Shown in pieces: positions 24,146 through 35,091 of a stretch of DNA of 64,000 nt. Under the pieces are notes generated by a model that ran no database searches, was not told the DNA's origin, and was given only the letters and a program-made list of their open reading frames with translations. The translations under genes and the position numbers were made by a program. Position 1 is the first letter of the stretch, and each line of letters begins with the position of its first letter. Origin of the DNA: an uncultured Bacteroides sp. (lineage in GTDB: Bacteria > Bacteroidota > Bacteroidia > Bacteroidales > Bacteroidaceae); NCBI GenBank assembly GCA_947574505.1, contig CANPJW010000003.1, forward strand, positions 13,940 through 77,939. The letters are read 5' to 3'.

Positions 24146-24439
24146 AATTAAGTGTTTAAGTTTACACTTTGCAAAGATAGTGCTTTATTTCGATTCGGGG
24201 GTAACGGGGTAGATGAAAACAATTTCCCAGCCGCACTGTGTCTTCCTGTCTTTTCGTACTTTATATCTGCCATATAGCACGCTTCTTTACATAGAACGAT
24301 GATGTCATTGTCCTGTATCTGGAATTGTTGTCGATGGATTCTGTGTTTACTCGCTTGATATTTAGCTGTTTGTTAGATGATATGCAAAAGCAATAAAAAG
24401 AGCGAAGATTACAAAGAAATCTCCGCTCTTTTTACTGTT

Positions 24440-25906
24440 TTATTTTTTGTTGAGAATTTCACGTGCTCCGGGACCTTCGTGATTTGGATAGCCCGGGGTG
24501 TGATTTCTGCACCGTGGGTCGGCATCAACTTTCAGGCTGCGGTAGTCGTCTTTTGTCCGGGTGATGTAGTCATCGAGCATTGTACGGTGTTCTGCAAGAA
24601 CTTTTGTGTATTTAGGGTCTTTGGCTAGATTCTTGCGTTCTCCCGGGTCTTTCTTCATGTCGTACAGTTCTTCTCCGTTCCCTTCAAGGTAGTGGGTGTA
24701 TTTGTATCTTGGTCCACGTACCATACGTCCGGGAGTCGTCACGTATTCATATTCGCTATGCCATTCGGAGACGACATACGGGTGGGTTTTCTTCTGTTTC
24801 TCTCCTTTTAGGGTGGGGGCAAGGCTGATTCCCGCTTTTTCCGCCGGAATGGAAATTCCTGCCAGGTCGCAAAGGGTGGGCAGAAGGTCGAGTGTGGGCT
24901 GTGTGAGCAGATGGTCTACCGGTTTTTTTTGTTGTTTGATGCCGGGGCCTGCAAATATGAACGGAACGTTTGTCATTTCGTCGTAGAAGCTGATATGCTT
25001 GGTCACCATGCGGTGTGAAGCCATTCCGTCGCCGTGGTCGGCTAGGATGACTATGATGGTGTTCTTTCCGGCTGGTGTGGAATAGAGTGCTTTCAGTACG
25101 CTGTCCACTTGTTTGGATACCATCTTCGTATAGTGCTGGAAGGCTGCGATGTAGTGGCGGTAGTTCTCCTCGCTCCAGTGGGAAGCCTGTGTCATGCGGC
25201 GGTGGCTGCAACAAATATACTGTACGGGAGTAGGGATGTTGTTCCAGTCTTCGACATCGAAGTTGGCAGGCAGTTCGGGAAGAGTGCCGCTGACATGGCG
25301 GTCTGTGTGTACGCCTTCGTTCGCTCCTACGAATCCGCAGATATTGTGAGGGTTTTGAAAGTCGGCGATGCAAATGAAAGGTTCCTGTGGCGGGTTGCTC
25401 AGATAGGCTACTGCGTCTTCACAGGTTCCCACATCAAGGAAACTGTCGTTGTTGACGGGAAATTCGGGGTCGGTAAATGGTTTTGCTACCGGTTCCTTAT
25501 GCTTGAATCCTCTTAGCGAACCCATGTCGTGAGTCTTTCCGAAGTGCACGGCTTCGTAACCGTTTTCGGAGAAAAGGCTTCCTAGTGTCGGTATGCTTTC
25601 CGGTATGTGTGTGTTGACGGGTTCGCTGGAATTGGAACGTACGTTGGTTTGATGAGGCATCATGCCGCTCCATAAGGCTGCGCGTGAAGGTTGGCTGAGA
25701 GGACAGCCTACATAAGCATTGGAGAAGATAACCCCTCTCGAAGCTACTTCGTCCATAGGAAGGGTGCATCCTTGTGTATGCCCGTAAGCGCCTACGACAC
25801 GTTGCGTCAAATGGTCGCATTGGATAATCAGGAAATTCGGCTTTTCTTGTGCCTGGGCCGCTATGCCGCATAGGGCTAAACCCATGAAAGGATAAATCGT
25901 TTTCAT
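24440..25906 (-). CDS. Ser-type sulfatase, probable delta-4,5-hexuronate-2-O-sulfatase (BT1596-like, S1_9)
   Basis: PNFLIIQCDH, PLSQPSRA, GKTH, ADHGD; sequence and rho adjacency recall B. thetaiotaomicron BT1596. Confidence 0.85.
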   Translation of the reverse strand: MKTIYPFMGLALCGIAAQAQEKPNFLIIQCDHLTQRVVGAYGHTQGCTLPMDEVASRGVIFSNAYVGCPLSQPSRAALWSGMMPHQTNVRSNSSEPVNTHIPESIPTLGSLFSENGYEAVHFGKTHDMGSLRGFKHKEPVAKPFTDPEFPVNNDSFLDVGTCEDAVAYLSNPPQEPFICIADFQNPHNICGFVGANEGVHTDRHVSGTLPELPANFDVEDWNNIPTPVQYICCSHRRMTQASHWSEENYRHYIAAFQHYTKMVSKQVDSVLKALYSTPAGKNTIIVILADHGDGMASHRMVTKHISFYDEMTNVPFIFAGPGIKQQKKPVDHLLTQPTLDLLPTLCDLAGISIPAEKAGISLAPTLKGEKQKKTHPYVVSEWHSEYEYVTTPGRMVRGPRYKYTHYLEGNGEELYDMKKDPGERKNLAKDPKYTKVLAEHRTMLDDYITRTKDDYRSLKVDADPRCRNHTPGYPNHEGPGAREILNKK

Positions 25907-26035
25907 TCTTGGTTAGAATTAGGTAATATTGATTTTGCAACAAAAGTAGGAAAAAAGGGGATGTAAAAAAGGGTAGGAGAGCGGTTTTGGACGTAAATGA
26001 AAGGATTTTGTACAAAAGTGGAATCCTGAAAAAGA

Positions 26036-26080
26036 GAATGGTGGCCAACCTGCGGAATAATTGCAGTTTGACCACCATTC
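26036..26080 (-). terminator. Hairpin terminator after rho
   Basis: GAATGGTGG...CCACCATTC stem with a T-rich tail on the minus strand. Confidence 0.6.
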
Positions 26081-26102
26081 GTTATTTATCGTTTTCCGTC
26101 GA

Positions 26103-28328
26103 TTAGCTGTTCATGCTCATCAGGAATTCGTCGTTATCTTTGGTTTTCTCCAGACGGTCTTTGACGAAATCCATTGCTTCAATCGGATTCATGTCGGCAA
26201 GGTATTTGCGTAATATCCACATGCGGTCGAGCGTTGTCTTGTCAAGCAGCAGGTCGTCGCGGCGAGTGCTGGAGGCAGTGATGTTGACAGCAGGGAAGAT
26301 ACGTTTGTTGGACAGGTTGCGGTCGAGTTGCAGCTCCATGTTACCTGTACCCTTGAATTCTTCGAAGATAACTTCGTCCATCTTGGAACCGGTATCAATT
26401 AAGGCAGTAGCGATGATGGTCAGTGAACCGCCGTTTTCGATGTTACGTGCCGCACCGAAGAAACGTTTGGGTTTGTGCAATGCGTTGGCATCGACACCAC
26501 CGGAAAGCACTTTGCCGGATGCCGGGGAAACTGTATTGTATGCGCGTGCCAGACGGGTGATGGAGTCAAGGAAGATAACTACGTCGTGACCACATTCTAC
26601 CAGGCGTTTTGCTTTTTCCAATACGATACCTGCGATTTTCACGTGGCGTTCTGCCGGTTCGTCGAAAGTGGAAGCGATGACTTCCGCGTTAACGCTGCGT
26701 GCCATGTCGGTTACTTCTTCAGGGCGTTCGTCAATCAGCAGCATAATCATATATACTTCCGGGTGGTTGGCTGCTATCGCATTGGCGATGTCTTTCATCA
26801 GGATAGTCTTACCGGTCTTCGGCTGGGCTACGATGAGTGCACGTTGTCCTTTACCAATCGGAGCGAAAAGGTCTACAACACGAGCGGACATGGAGTCTGA
26901 ATAACCGCCTTTACAAAGCTTGAACTTTTCATCCGGGAAGAGGGGAGTCAAATGTTCGAAAGGAACACGGTCGCGGACGAAAGCTGCGTCACGTCCGTTG
27001 ATTTTCGATACTTTGACCAACGGGAAATATTTTTCTCCTTCTTTCGGCGGACGGATAACTCCTTCTACTACGTCACCGGTCTTCAAGCCGAATAGCTTGA
27101 TTTGTGACTGTGATACGTAAATGTCGTCCGGAGAAGAAAGATAGTTGTAATCGGATGAACGGAGGAATCCGTATCCATCCTGCATGATTTCCAAAACGCC
27201 TACGCCATTGAGGATATCGTCAAATTCGTATGGCTTTTCACGCTCGATAATTTTGCGCTCCTGTGGTTGCTGTGCCGGGAAGTTCTCACTGGCATTGTTC
27301 TGTTGGTTGGAACGTTGCATAGGCAGGCGCTGCTGGTTCTGAGCTTGGTTTTGGTTATTGTTGCGCTGGAAATTATTATTGTTGTTAGCATTATTGTCAC
27401 GTGGGCGAACAATACGCGGACGTTGCTGCTGGGCTTGTTGCTGTTGTTGGGACGGGTGTTGCTGAGGCTGTTGTTGCTGAGAGTGGGGGGCTTGCTCGGT
27501 CAGCATTTGTGCCGGTTCTGCTTTCGTTGCCTCGAACTTACCGAACAACTCAGTCGGAAGCTCTATTTTTTCTGAAGGCAGGTCCTCGATTGGGATAAAA
27601 TCATCATCGTCGGCATTGGACAAGATATTGCTTTCTTCATCGATAGCGGGTGCAGCTTTCTTTTGTGGTTTTGCTATTGCCTTCTTTTCAGAGGGCTTGT
27701 TGGCTTCAACGGCAGACTTATTAGTTTCGGCAGTAGAACTGTTGGTTTCTACCACAGGCTTGTTGGGTTTTTCCTTCTTTTCAGCAGGTTGCGACACCGG
27801 AGCTGCTTTCTGTGTAGCTTCAGTAGGCTTTTCTGCTGCAACAGGTTTTGCTTCCATAGCCTTGGTCACTACCGGCTTGGCATTCTCTACCTCTTTTTTT
27901 TCTGTTGTCTCAGAATTCTTGCGTGGACGACCTACTTTACGCTTCGGAGCAGCGTTCTCGTTTTTGGCATCAATGGCGGGAGTCTCTTTTTCTTTGTTTG
28001 TATTTTCCTCTTTGGAAGGTTGTTGCGTCTTTACAGGAGTAGCTTCTTTGGTCTTTGCAACTTCTCCGCCCTTGGCTGCGGAAACTGCCTTGTCTTCTTT
28101 CTTGGCAGGAGTTACACGTGGCGAACGCTTTTTCTTGTCTTCTTTGCGTTCTTCTTTGAGCTTATCTGCGGCAACCTTCTTAGTAGCTCCTACGATTGCT
28201 TGTTCATCGAGTATCTTATAAACAAGGTCTTCTTTTTTGAATGAGTCTGCTTTTTTAATGCCTAAATCTTTGGCAATAATTTGAAGTTCCGACAGTTCTT
28301 TGTCGTTTAATTGGATAATGTTATACAT
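26103..28328 (-). CDS. rho: Transcription termination factor Rho with a long K/E-rich and Q/N-rich intrinsically disordered insertion
   Basis: [41 protein letters not shown]. Confidence 0.98.
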   Translation of the reverse strand: MYNIIQLNDKELSELQIIAKDLGIKKADSFKKEDLVYKILDEQAIVGATKKVAADKLKEERKEDKKKRSPRVTPAKKEDKAVSAAKGGEVAKTKEATPVKTQQPSKEENTNKEKETPAIDAKNENAAPKRKVGRPRKNSETTEKKEVENAKPVVTKAMEAKPVAAEKPTEATQKAAPVSQPAEKKEKPNKPVVETNSSTAETNKSAVEANKPSEKKAIAKPQKKAAPAIDEESNILSNADDDDFIPIEDLPSEKIELPTELFGKFEATKAEPAQMLTEQAPHSQQQQPQQHPSQQQQQAQQQRPRIVRPRDNNANNNNNFQRNNNQNQAQNQQRLPMQRSNQQNNASENFPAQQPQERKIIEREKPYEFDDILNGVGVLEIMQDGYGFLRSSDYNYLSSPDDIYVSQSQIKLFGLKTGDVVEGVIRPPKEGEKYFPLVKVSKINGRDAAFVRDRVPFEHLTPLFPDEKFKLCKGGYSDSMSARVVDLFAPIGKGQRALIVAQPKTGKTILMKDIANAIAANHPEVYMIMLLIDERPEEVTDMARSVNAEVIASTFDEPAERHVKIAGIVLEKAKRLVECGHDVVIFLDSITRLARAYNTVSPASGKVLSGGVDANALHKPKRFFGAARNIENGGSLTIIATALIDTGSKMDEVIFEEFKGTGNMELQLDRNLSNKRIFPAVNITASSTRRDDLLLDKTTLDRMWILRKYLADMNPIEAMDFVKDRLEKTKDNDEFLMSMNS

Positions 28329-28561
28329 ATAGTATGGTAAGTTATTAATATTTTTTTAGCTGAATTACGGACAGCATTACTACAGCTTATAGCTATAGAT
28401 ATGCAAGTATACGTTTGGTTTTTTGTTATGAATTAGGGATGTATGTGTTGAATCGTAGAATGTTTCAACGGGGCAAAGATAATAATTTTTTTTGGTTTCA
28501 TGAACAATCAAACATTTTTTTCCACGTAAAAGTGTATCTTTGCTATATAAAAGAAAATAGT

Positions 28562-29398
28562 ATGACAGTAAATGAAGCTTATTTAATTTATTTTTCGCCT
28601 ACACATACATCAAAACAAATAGCGGAGGCGATTGTTCACGGAACGGGCATAAAAAATATTCTTCCCATAAATGTCACTCAACAGGCTGCCGGAGAAATTG
28701 TAATTCCTGCGTCTGCATTAGCTATTATTGTGGTTCCCGTGTATGGGGGGCATGTGGCTCCTTTGGCAATGGAGCGTTTGCAGGGGATTCGCGGCTTGGA
28801 TACGCCCACCGTTTTAGTTGTGGTTTATGGAAACCGTGCTTATGAAAAAGCTTTGATGGAGTTGGATGCTTTTGCCATACCTCATGGAATGAAGGTGATT
28901 GCCGGGGCAACTTTTATCGGAGAACACTCGTATAGCACCGATGAACACCCCATTGCCGTCGGGCGTCCTGATGACTCTGATTTGGCTCTGGCTGCGGAGT
29001 TCGGGAAAAAAATCCGGAAGAAAATAGAGACAGCCGATGCTATGGATACTCTTTATCCGGTAGATGTGCGTGCTATCAAACGTCCGAGCCAACCTTTCAT
29101 TCCCTTGTTTCGTTTTTTGAGAAAGGTCATCAAGTTACGCAAAAGTGGTACGCCGCTTCCCCGTGCTCCTTGGGTGGAAAATGAAAGTGTATGTACTCAT
29201 TGCGGATTATGCGTGGTTCGTTGTCCGGCAGGAGCTATAACCAAAGGTGATGAGTTGCATACGGATGAGGCTAAATGTATCAAATGTTGTGCCTGTGTAA
29301 AAGCCTGCACTAAAAAGGCGCGGGTATATGATACGCCTTTTGCGACTTTACTGTCTGATTGCTTTAAGAAGCAGAAACAGCCTCAGACTATCTTGTAA
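28562..29398 (+). CDS. Flavodoxin-like plus 4Fe-4S dicluster (EFR1-like) protein
   Basis: [43 protein letters not shown]. Confidence 0.88.
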   Translation: MTVNEAYLIYFSPTHTSKQIAEAIVHGTGIKNILPINVTQQAAGEIVIPASALAIIVVPVYGGHVAPLAMERLQGIRGLDTPTVLVVVYGNRAYEKALMELDAFAIPHGMKVIAGATFIGEHSYSTDEHPIAVGRPDDSDLALAAEFGKKIRKKIETADAMDTLYPVDVRAIKRPSQPFIPLFRFLRKVIKLRKSGTPLPRAPWVENESVCTHCGLCVVRCPAGAITKGDELHTDEAKCIKCCACVKACTKKARVYDTPFATLLSDCFKKQKQPQTIL

Positions 29399-30663
29399 AT
29401 AACGATACGTTGGGTCGTTTCATCAATACGGAAGCGGTTGTCTGTCCGTTCGCCTATCAGCCACGCAATGCGTTCACCACAGCAGAGCACCCACTGGCGC
29501 TCTTTTTGTCTGATAGAGAATTTGCGGTCGGTCAGATAATCGCTTATCTTTTTCTTTCCTTTCATTCCGAAGGGAACAAAGGTGTCTCCTGTCTGCCACT
29601 TCCGATAAGAGATTTCTCCGTTTAGCTTGTCTGCGTCAAAACAGGCTATTCCCTTTTCTCTCGGAATCGGAAAGTCCGGCGTATATTCTTTTTCTTCTTT
29701 GATAATCTGAAAAGGAAGTTCCTCTTTGTTTCCTGATTGGGTGTTTTCTAATAAAAGGAGTTCCCTGTCTTTAATCACTCTCCATTCTTTACTGCTGAAT
29801 TGTTTTCCCGGTTGTCCGTGAAGCGAATTGGTAATATCTTTGATTTGTGCGGAGTTGAAGCCCAAAGGGTGCAGAATTTCAAATAAAAGAGCTTCGGGTG
29901 CCGGCTCTTTTAATAATTCGCGGATTCGGATGCCTTCTGATGTGGTTATTTTTGTTTTGGCTTCCTCTATATATCTATTGTATATGGCAGATATGTCATT
30001 CAGATAATTACTGGTTTCTATCAGGCTGTTTTTTACCGATGGATTGATAGTCTGCATGAGAGGAAGAACGTTGAGACGGATTTTATTACGGGTATACTCG
30101 TCTACCAGATTGGTGCTGTCTGTCACATAAGTTTGCCCGATGCTTTGCAGGTAATGTAGGATTTCTTCCCGGTTGATACAAAGTAAAGGACGTATGATTG
30201 CTCCATTGCGGGGACGGATTCCTAATAGTCCGGTAATTCCTGTTCCGCGAATCAGGTTGAGCAATATCGTCTCTACGCTGTCATCTTGATGGTGGGCAAC
30301 TGCAATGACATCAGCCTGGCATTTGTTTCTTACTTCTTCGAACCAATTATAACGTAATTCGCGGGCGGCCATTTCGATGGAAATATGATTCTCGGTTGCA
30401 TATCGGGTCGTGTCAAAATCAACTGTGTGCAGGCGGATTTCGTATTTCTTGCATAATTGGCGGACGAATTGTTCGTCGCGATTCGATTCTTCACCGCGCA
30501 AATGGAAATTGCAGTGTGCGGCTTCGCAATGATAACCTGCTGCATGAAGGATGCATAACAATGCCACCGAGTCGGCGCCGCCGCTCAATGCTACCAGAAT
30601 GTTGCTGTCGGAAGAAAATAAATCTTCTTTTTCTATATATTGTATAATCCGTTGTTGTATCAT
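29383..30663 (-). CDS. tilS: tRNA(Ile)-lysidine synthetase
   Basis: SGGADS PP-loop, [26 protein letters not shown]. Confidence 0.96.
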   Translation of the reverse strand: MIQQRIIQYIEKEDLFSSDSNILVALSGGADSVALLCILHAAGYHCEAAHCNFHLRGEESNRDEQFVRQLCKKYEIRLHTVDFDTTRYATENHISIEMAARELRYNWFEEVRNKCQADVIAVAHHQDDSVETILLNLIRGTGITGLLGIRPRNGAIIRPLLCINREEILHYLQSIGQTYVTDSTNLVDEYTRNKIRLNVLPLMQTINPSVKNSLIETSNYLNDISAIYNRYIEEAKTKITTSEGIRIRELLKEPAPEALLFEILHPLGFNSAQIKDITNSLHGQPGKQFSSKEWRVIKDRELLLLENTQSGNKEELPFQIIKEEKEYTPDFPIPREKGIACFDADKLNGEISYRKWQTGDTFVPFGMKGKKKISDYLTDRKFSIRQKERQWVLCCGERIAWLIGERTDNRFRIDETTQRIVIYKIV

Positions 30664-30755
30664 ATGCTGCAAAGATAATAGTTTATTAAAGTATCTCAAG
30701 TGAATGAGCGTTGTTTTTAGTTGCAGGCTGGGGGATTAGAATATGAAAGCGCCTG

Positions 30756-30778
30756 TTATTTAAAAACAATCTAAATAA
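30756..30778. promoter_or_regulatory. Palindromic iron-regulator (Fur-like) box upstream of feoAB
   Basis: TTATTTAAAAACAATCTAAATAA, an imperfect TTATTTAGA-N5-TCTAAATAA palindrome ~25 bp upstream of the feoB TATCTTTG. Confidence 0.6.
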
Positions 30779-30828
30779 TTTGCGTGCTCCGAAGTTATGA
30801 ATTATCTTTGCCGAAAATTTTGAGAGTT

Positions 30829-33315
30829 ATGCGTTTGTCCGAATTGAAAACAGGCGAAAAAGGTGTCATCGTTAAGGTATTGGGGCACGGTGGTTTTCGT
30901 AAACGTATTGTGGAGATGGGTTTTATTAAAGGTAAGACGGTTGAAGTACTGTTGAACGCTCCACTAAAGGACCCCATTAAATATAAAGTTCTGGGTTATG
31001 AAATTTCTCTTCGTCGTCAGGAGGCTGAGATGATCGAAGTGGTCAGTGAAGAGGAAGCTATAAAACTGGCTGAAGAGACTATTTACCATGAAGGGTTGCC
31101 TGAAGATATATCTGTAAAAGAAGAAGAGATGAAACGGTTTGCGTTAGGCAAACGCCGCACCATCAATGTTGCCTTGGTCGGAAATCCGAACAGTGGCAAG
31201 ACTTCTTTGTTTAATCTGGCTTCCGGTGCTCATGAGCATGTAGGAAATTATAGCGGTGTGACTGTGGATGCCAAAGAAGGTTATTTCGACTTTGAAGGTT
31301 ATCACTTCCGTATTGTCGATTTGCCGGGAACTTATTCTTTGTCGGCATATACGCCGGAAGAGATTTATGTTCGCCGTCATATTATCGACGAAACCCCGGA
31401 TGTTATTATTAATGTAGTTGACTCTTCGAACCTTGAGCGGAATTTATATCTGACTACTCAACTCATTGATATGAATGTCCGTATGGTCGTGGCTCTGAAT
31501 ATTTACGATGAATTGGAAGCCAGTGGGAATACATTGGACTATCATTTATTGAGCAAATTGTTCGGTGTCCCGATGCTGCCTACGGTAAGTAAGAAAAATC
31601 GCGGACTGGACACTCTGTTTCATGTGGTTATTAACCTCTATGAAGGAGTCGACTTTTTTGATAAACAGGGAAATATGAATCCGGAAGTGCTCAGAGACCT
31701 GACCGAATGGCATGATTCTTTGGAAGACCGGAAACACCATGAAGAGGAACACTTGGAAGACTATGTGCGTGAACATAAGAAAACCGGACGTGTATTCCGG
31801 CATATTCACATTAATCATGGTCCCGATTTGGAAAAAGCGATTGATGCTGTAAAAGATGAAGTTTCCAAGAACGAATTTATCCGCCATAAATATTCCACTC
31901 GCTTCCTGTCTATCAAGCTGTTGGAGAACGACTTGGACATAGAGAGTTTTGTGCGTACTTTGCCGAATGCGGAAGCTATTCTCAGTATTCGTGATAAAAT
32001 GGCTAAGCGTGTTCAGAGTACGATGAATGAGGATTGTGAGTCCGCTATTACGGATGCAAAATATGGTTTTATCAGTGGTGCATTGAAAGAAACGTTTACT
32101 GATAACCACTTGGAACAGGCACAGACTACAAAAGTGCTGGATGCCATCGTTACTCATCGTATTTGGGGCTATCCCATCTTTTTCCTTTTTATGTATCTGA
32201 TGTTTGAGGGCACGTTTGTGCTTGGCGAATATCCGATGATGGGGATTGAATGGCTGGTGGGACAGATTGGTGATTTGATTCGCAATAATATGTCCGAAGG
32301 GCCGTTGAAGGATATGCTGGTTGACGGTATTGTCGGCGGAGTAGGGGGAGTCATTGTCTTCTTACCGAATATCCTTATTCTGTATTTCTGCATTTCGTTG
32401 ATGGAGGATTCAGGATATATGGCACGTGCTGCGTTTATTATGGATAAGATTATGCATAAGATGGGATTGCATGGGAAGTCATTTATTCCGTTGATTATGG
32501 GATTCGGATGTAATGTGCCTGCTATTATGGCTTCGCGTACGATTGAGAACCGGAAAAGCCGTCTTATTACGATGCTGGTGAATCCGTTGATGTCTTGCAG
32601 CGCGCGTCTGCCTATCTATTTGCTGCTGGTGGGAGCTTTCTTCCCGAACAATGCCAGTCTGGTGTTGTTAGGTATTTATGCGATCGGAATATTTCTGGCT
32701 GTGTTGTTGGCGCGTTTGTTCAGCAAGTTTTTGGTGAAGGGTGACGATACTCCGTTCGTGATGGAACTTCCGCCATACAGGATGCCGACAGCTAAATCAA
32801 TCTTCCGTCATACATGGGAGAAAGGAGCCCAGTATTTGAAGAAAATGGGAGGGATTATTATGATTGCTTCTATTATCATTTGGTTCTTAGGGTATTATCC
32901 GAATCATGACGCATATGAGACGGTAGCCGAACAGCAGGAAAATTCTTATATAGGTCAGCTTGGCCGTGCGATAGAGCCAGTGATTACACCTATGGGGTTT
33001 GACTGGAAGCTGGGTATCGGTTTGATTTCGGGAGTAGGAGCGAAAGAATTGGTTGTTAGCACTTTGGGAGTTTTATATGTAGACGATCCGGAAGCTGATG
33101 AGGCTAGTTTGGCGGAGCGGATACCGATAACTCCACTGGTTGCTTTCTGTTATATGTTGTTTGTGCTGATTTATTTTCCATGTATTGCGGCATTGGCAGC
33201 TATCAAGCAGGAGTCCGGTAGTTGGAAGTGGACACTCTTTGCTGCTGGTTACACAACAGTATTAGCTTGGCTTATTTCATTCGCGGTTTATCAGATTGGA
33301 GGACTATTTGTATGA
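30829..33315 (+). CDS. feoB: Ferrous iron transporter, FeoA-FeoB fusion
   Basis: N-terminal FeoA (RIVEMGF..NAPLKDP..ISLRR), GNPNSGKT, DLPG, GFGCNVP, MSCSAR, MELPPY, YFPC. Confidence 0.96.
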   Translation: MRLSELKTGEKGVIVKVLGHGGFRKRIVEMGFIKGKTVEVLLNAPLKDPIKYKVLGYEISLRRQEAEMIEVVSEEEAIKLAEETIYHEGLPEDISVKEEEMKRFALGKRRTINVALVGNPNSGKTSLFNLASGAHEHVGNYSGVTVDAKEGYFDFEGYHFRIVDLPGTYSLSAYTPEEIYVRRHIIDETPDVIINVVDSSNLERNLYLTTQLIDMNVRMVVALNIYDELEASGNTLDYHLLSKLFGVPMLPTVSKKNRGLDTLFHVVINLYEGVDFFDKQGNMNPEVLRDLTEWHDSLEDRKHHEEEHLEDYVREHKKTGRVFRHIHINHGPDLEKAIDAVKDEVSKNEFIRHKYSTRFLSIKLLENDLDIESFVRTLPNAEAILSIRDKMAKRVQSTMNEDCESAITDAKYGFISGALKETFTDNHLEQAQTTKVLDAIVTHRIWGYPIFFLFMYLMFEGTFVLGEYPMMGIEWLVGQIGDLIRNNMSEGPLKDMLVDGIVGGVGGVIVFLPNILILYFCISLMEDSGYMARAAFIMDKIMHKMGLHGKSFIPLIMGFGCNVPAIMASRTIENRKSRLITMLVNPLMSCSARLPIYLLLVGAFFPNNASLVLLGIYAIGIFLAVLLARLFSKFLVKGDDTPFVMELPPYRMPTAKSIFRHTWEKGAQYLKKMGGIIMIASIIIWFLGYYPNHDAYETVAEQQENSYIGQLGRAIEPVITPMGFDWKLGIGLISGVGAKELVVSTLGVLYVDDPEADEASLAERIPITPLVAFCYMLFVLIYFPCIAALAAIKQESGSWKWTLFAAGYTTVLAWLISFAVYQIGGLFV

Positions 33316-33527
33316 ATAATTGGCAGGAATGGGTGGTCGGAGTACTGATTGTACTCTGTATTGTCCGAGTCATATATGGGATTTATATTTTTTTTCGTCG
33401 CACGCGCGAAAGTGCTAATCCTTGCGATAGCTGTGTAAGTGGCTGTGAATTAAAGGATATGATGGAGAAGAAGAGACATGAATGTAGTGTAAAGAAAAAA
33501 AGTACAAAGAAAAATTGCTGCGGATAG
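33312..33527 (+). CDS. FeoB-associated Cys-rich membrane protein
   Basis: ATG overlaps the feoB stop; TM helix then CDSCVSGC. Confidence 0.8.
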   Translation: MNNWQEWVVGVLIVLCIVRVIYGIYIFFRRTRESANPCDSCVSGCELKDMMEKKRHECSVKKKSTKKNCCG

Positions 33528-33578
33528 TTGGTAGTTTCAAAATTTGTACTACCTTTGCAACCGCAAACGAGAAATTAC

Positions 33579-33650
33579 GGTTCCTTGGATGAGTGGCTTA
33601 GTCAGCGGTCTGCAAAACCGTGTACGGCGGTTCGAATCCGCCAGGAACCT
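33579..33650 (+). tRNA. tRNA-Cys(GCA), integration target
   Basis: GGTTCCTTGGATGAGTGGCTTAGTCAGCGGTCTGCAAAACCGTGTACGGCGGTTCGAATCCGCCAGGAACCT; promoter TACCTTTG at 33550-33557. Confidence 0.97.
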
Positions 33651-33683
33651 CGCAAAACCCTTTCAGATGATTTCTGAGAGGGT
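33643..33683 (+). repeat. attL (tRNA-Cys 3' end plus terminator)
   Basis: AGGAACCTCGCAAAACCCTTTCAGATGATTTCTGAGAGGGT, 39/41 identical to 48677-48717. Confidence 0.93.
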
Positions 33684-33750
33684 TTTTCTTTGCTCTTAGC
33701 TGAAAATGTTCCCACTTTGTTCCCACCTTTTAAAGCTGTATTGAGAATAA

Positions 33751-33771
33751 TGGTACTACATTGGTACTACA
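33751..33771 (+). repeat. Tandem TGGTACTACA putative integrase arm-type sites (left)
   Basis: TGGTACTACATTGGTACTACA, also present at 48536-48556. Confidence 0.75.
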
Positions 33772-34317
33772 AAAATAGAGTAGGAGAAGTGGGCACCTTC
33801 TTCTCACACGTGTAATGACTATGGAAAAATCTTTGTAGTGTATCAGTTCCAAATAACGGTTATTTGGAGTTATAGATCATGAGATTTGTCAAAATACACA
33901 TTTTACCCTTGCCGTAATTTTGCCCTAATTCTTTAGTTTATCCTTAGGGTAATCTTAGGGTGTTTTGCTCGTTTTTTGCTCGTTTTCCGCCGTTTTCTCT
34001 AGTTATAAGACGGGAATAATCACCTATTGGAATCTTAAGTAAATAATGTAAATATAGATAAATGTCTATAAGTTGAAAAACAGTGCATATTTGAGTAATT
34101 TATAACCGTTTTCAAACCGTTTTCTTACTTCGAAAGCAATAGTATGTTTGTACTATAATGTGAGATTTTCCTACGTTATCCTATGCCGTTTTACTTGAAT
34201 AACGCTTGTTTAACGCTCGTTTTCTCACCTTTTGGTTTGCGTCTGAGCGTTTTCCTTTTATTGGGCGGACATACAGAGAAAGCTCTAAAATCGCAAATCC
34301 TGAAAGGAATACGGGTA

Positions 34318-34438
34318 AATAAGAAATGCTGCCTCATCTCACGACGAAACAGCATAAGCATACAAACACACAAACACAAAATATAAATGAATGAATCAAC
34401 TTAGTTGCAACCAACTTAAAAGAATAGTTCATGATTCC
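34318..34438 (-). ncRNA. Candidate element-encoded sRNA (~120 nt)
   Basis: Minus-strand TATCTTTG (34444-34451), a UG-rich tract TTTTGTGTTTGTGTGTTTGT, and terminator ATGCTGTTTCGTC-GTGA-GATGAGGCAGCAT-TTCTT. Confidence 0.5.
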
Positions 34439-34461
34439 AACTACAAAGATACAAATTTTTA

Positions 34462-35072
34462 TCAATACGGATCTGGCTCTTCTATCAATTCCACAAGCCT
34501 CGGGAAAGTATCGCTATACCAAACAGGTAACAATGTGTCCGGATAATCAATGCGTGTACTATTCACTCCGTACTTCAACCCTTTTAAGGATATTGCTTTG
34601 TATGGTTCCCCGTTTCTGTATAGAATCTCCATGAAGCCTTTTTCTATTAACAACTGGTTGAATTGTGCTGCCGTGTACTTTTTGTATCTTTAATAGGTCC
34701 GTCAAAGTGTATGCTTTGCGTACTATCTTACATTTATCTTTCTCTTTTGCAGGGGATGGGGTAAGCTTTTCTATACCTGGGCGTTTTTCTGCCGGTGTGT
34801 TCTCTGTAGAAACGGGTATATCAACCATTGGCAAACCTCGTTCTTCCGCTATCTTCTTCATCAGTTCCAGCGTTGAGGCTTTGTCAGCTCCACCCAACCT
34901 TTGCAAAGCGCCTACCCACTCAATAAGTTCATGTACCGTATGACCTACTCCGTAATCTGTCGGACCAGGTAGGGCGTTACTTTCCTTTGCCCTGTCTTCT
35001 TTCTCTAGTTCATCCCAACGAAGGATTAACTTTGTTGAGTTCAGTGCTTGCATTAATGATTCTTGTTTTCAT
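34462..35072 (-). pseudogene. Disrupted Rha/antirepressor-like gene
   Basis: ATG 35072 (MKTRIINASTEL) is out of frame with KLILRWDELE (end of a Rha domain); a second shift near 34680 leads to YTAAQFNQLLIEKGF..KAISLKGLKYG (antirepressor C-terminal type). Confidence 0.6.
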
Positions 35073-35091
35073 AATCGATTATATTTAAAAG

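Noticed and set aside
34149-34176. dif-like Xer site (GTACTATAATGTGAGATT)
   Set aside because: The right arm does not resemble the XerD arm TTATGTTAAAT.
34670-34690. Programmed -1 frameshift in the antirepressor-like gene
   Set aside because: Joining the frames needs +1, there is no canonical slippery heptamer, and the 5' end is also broken.
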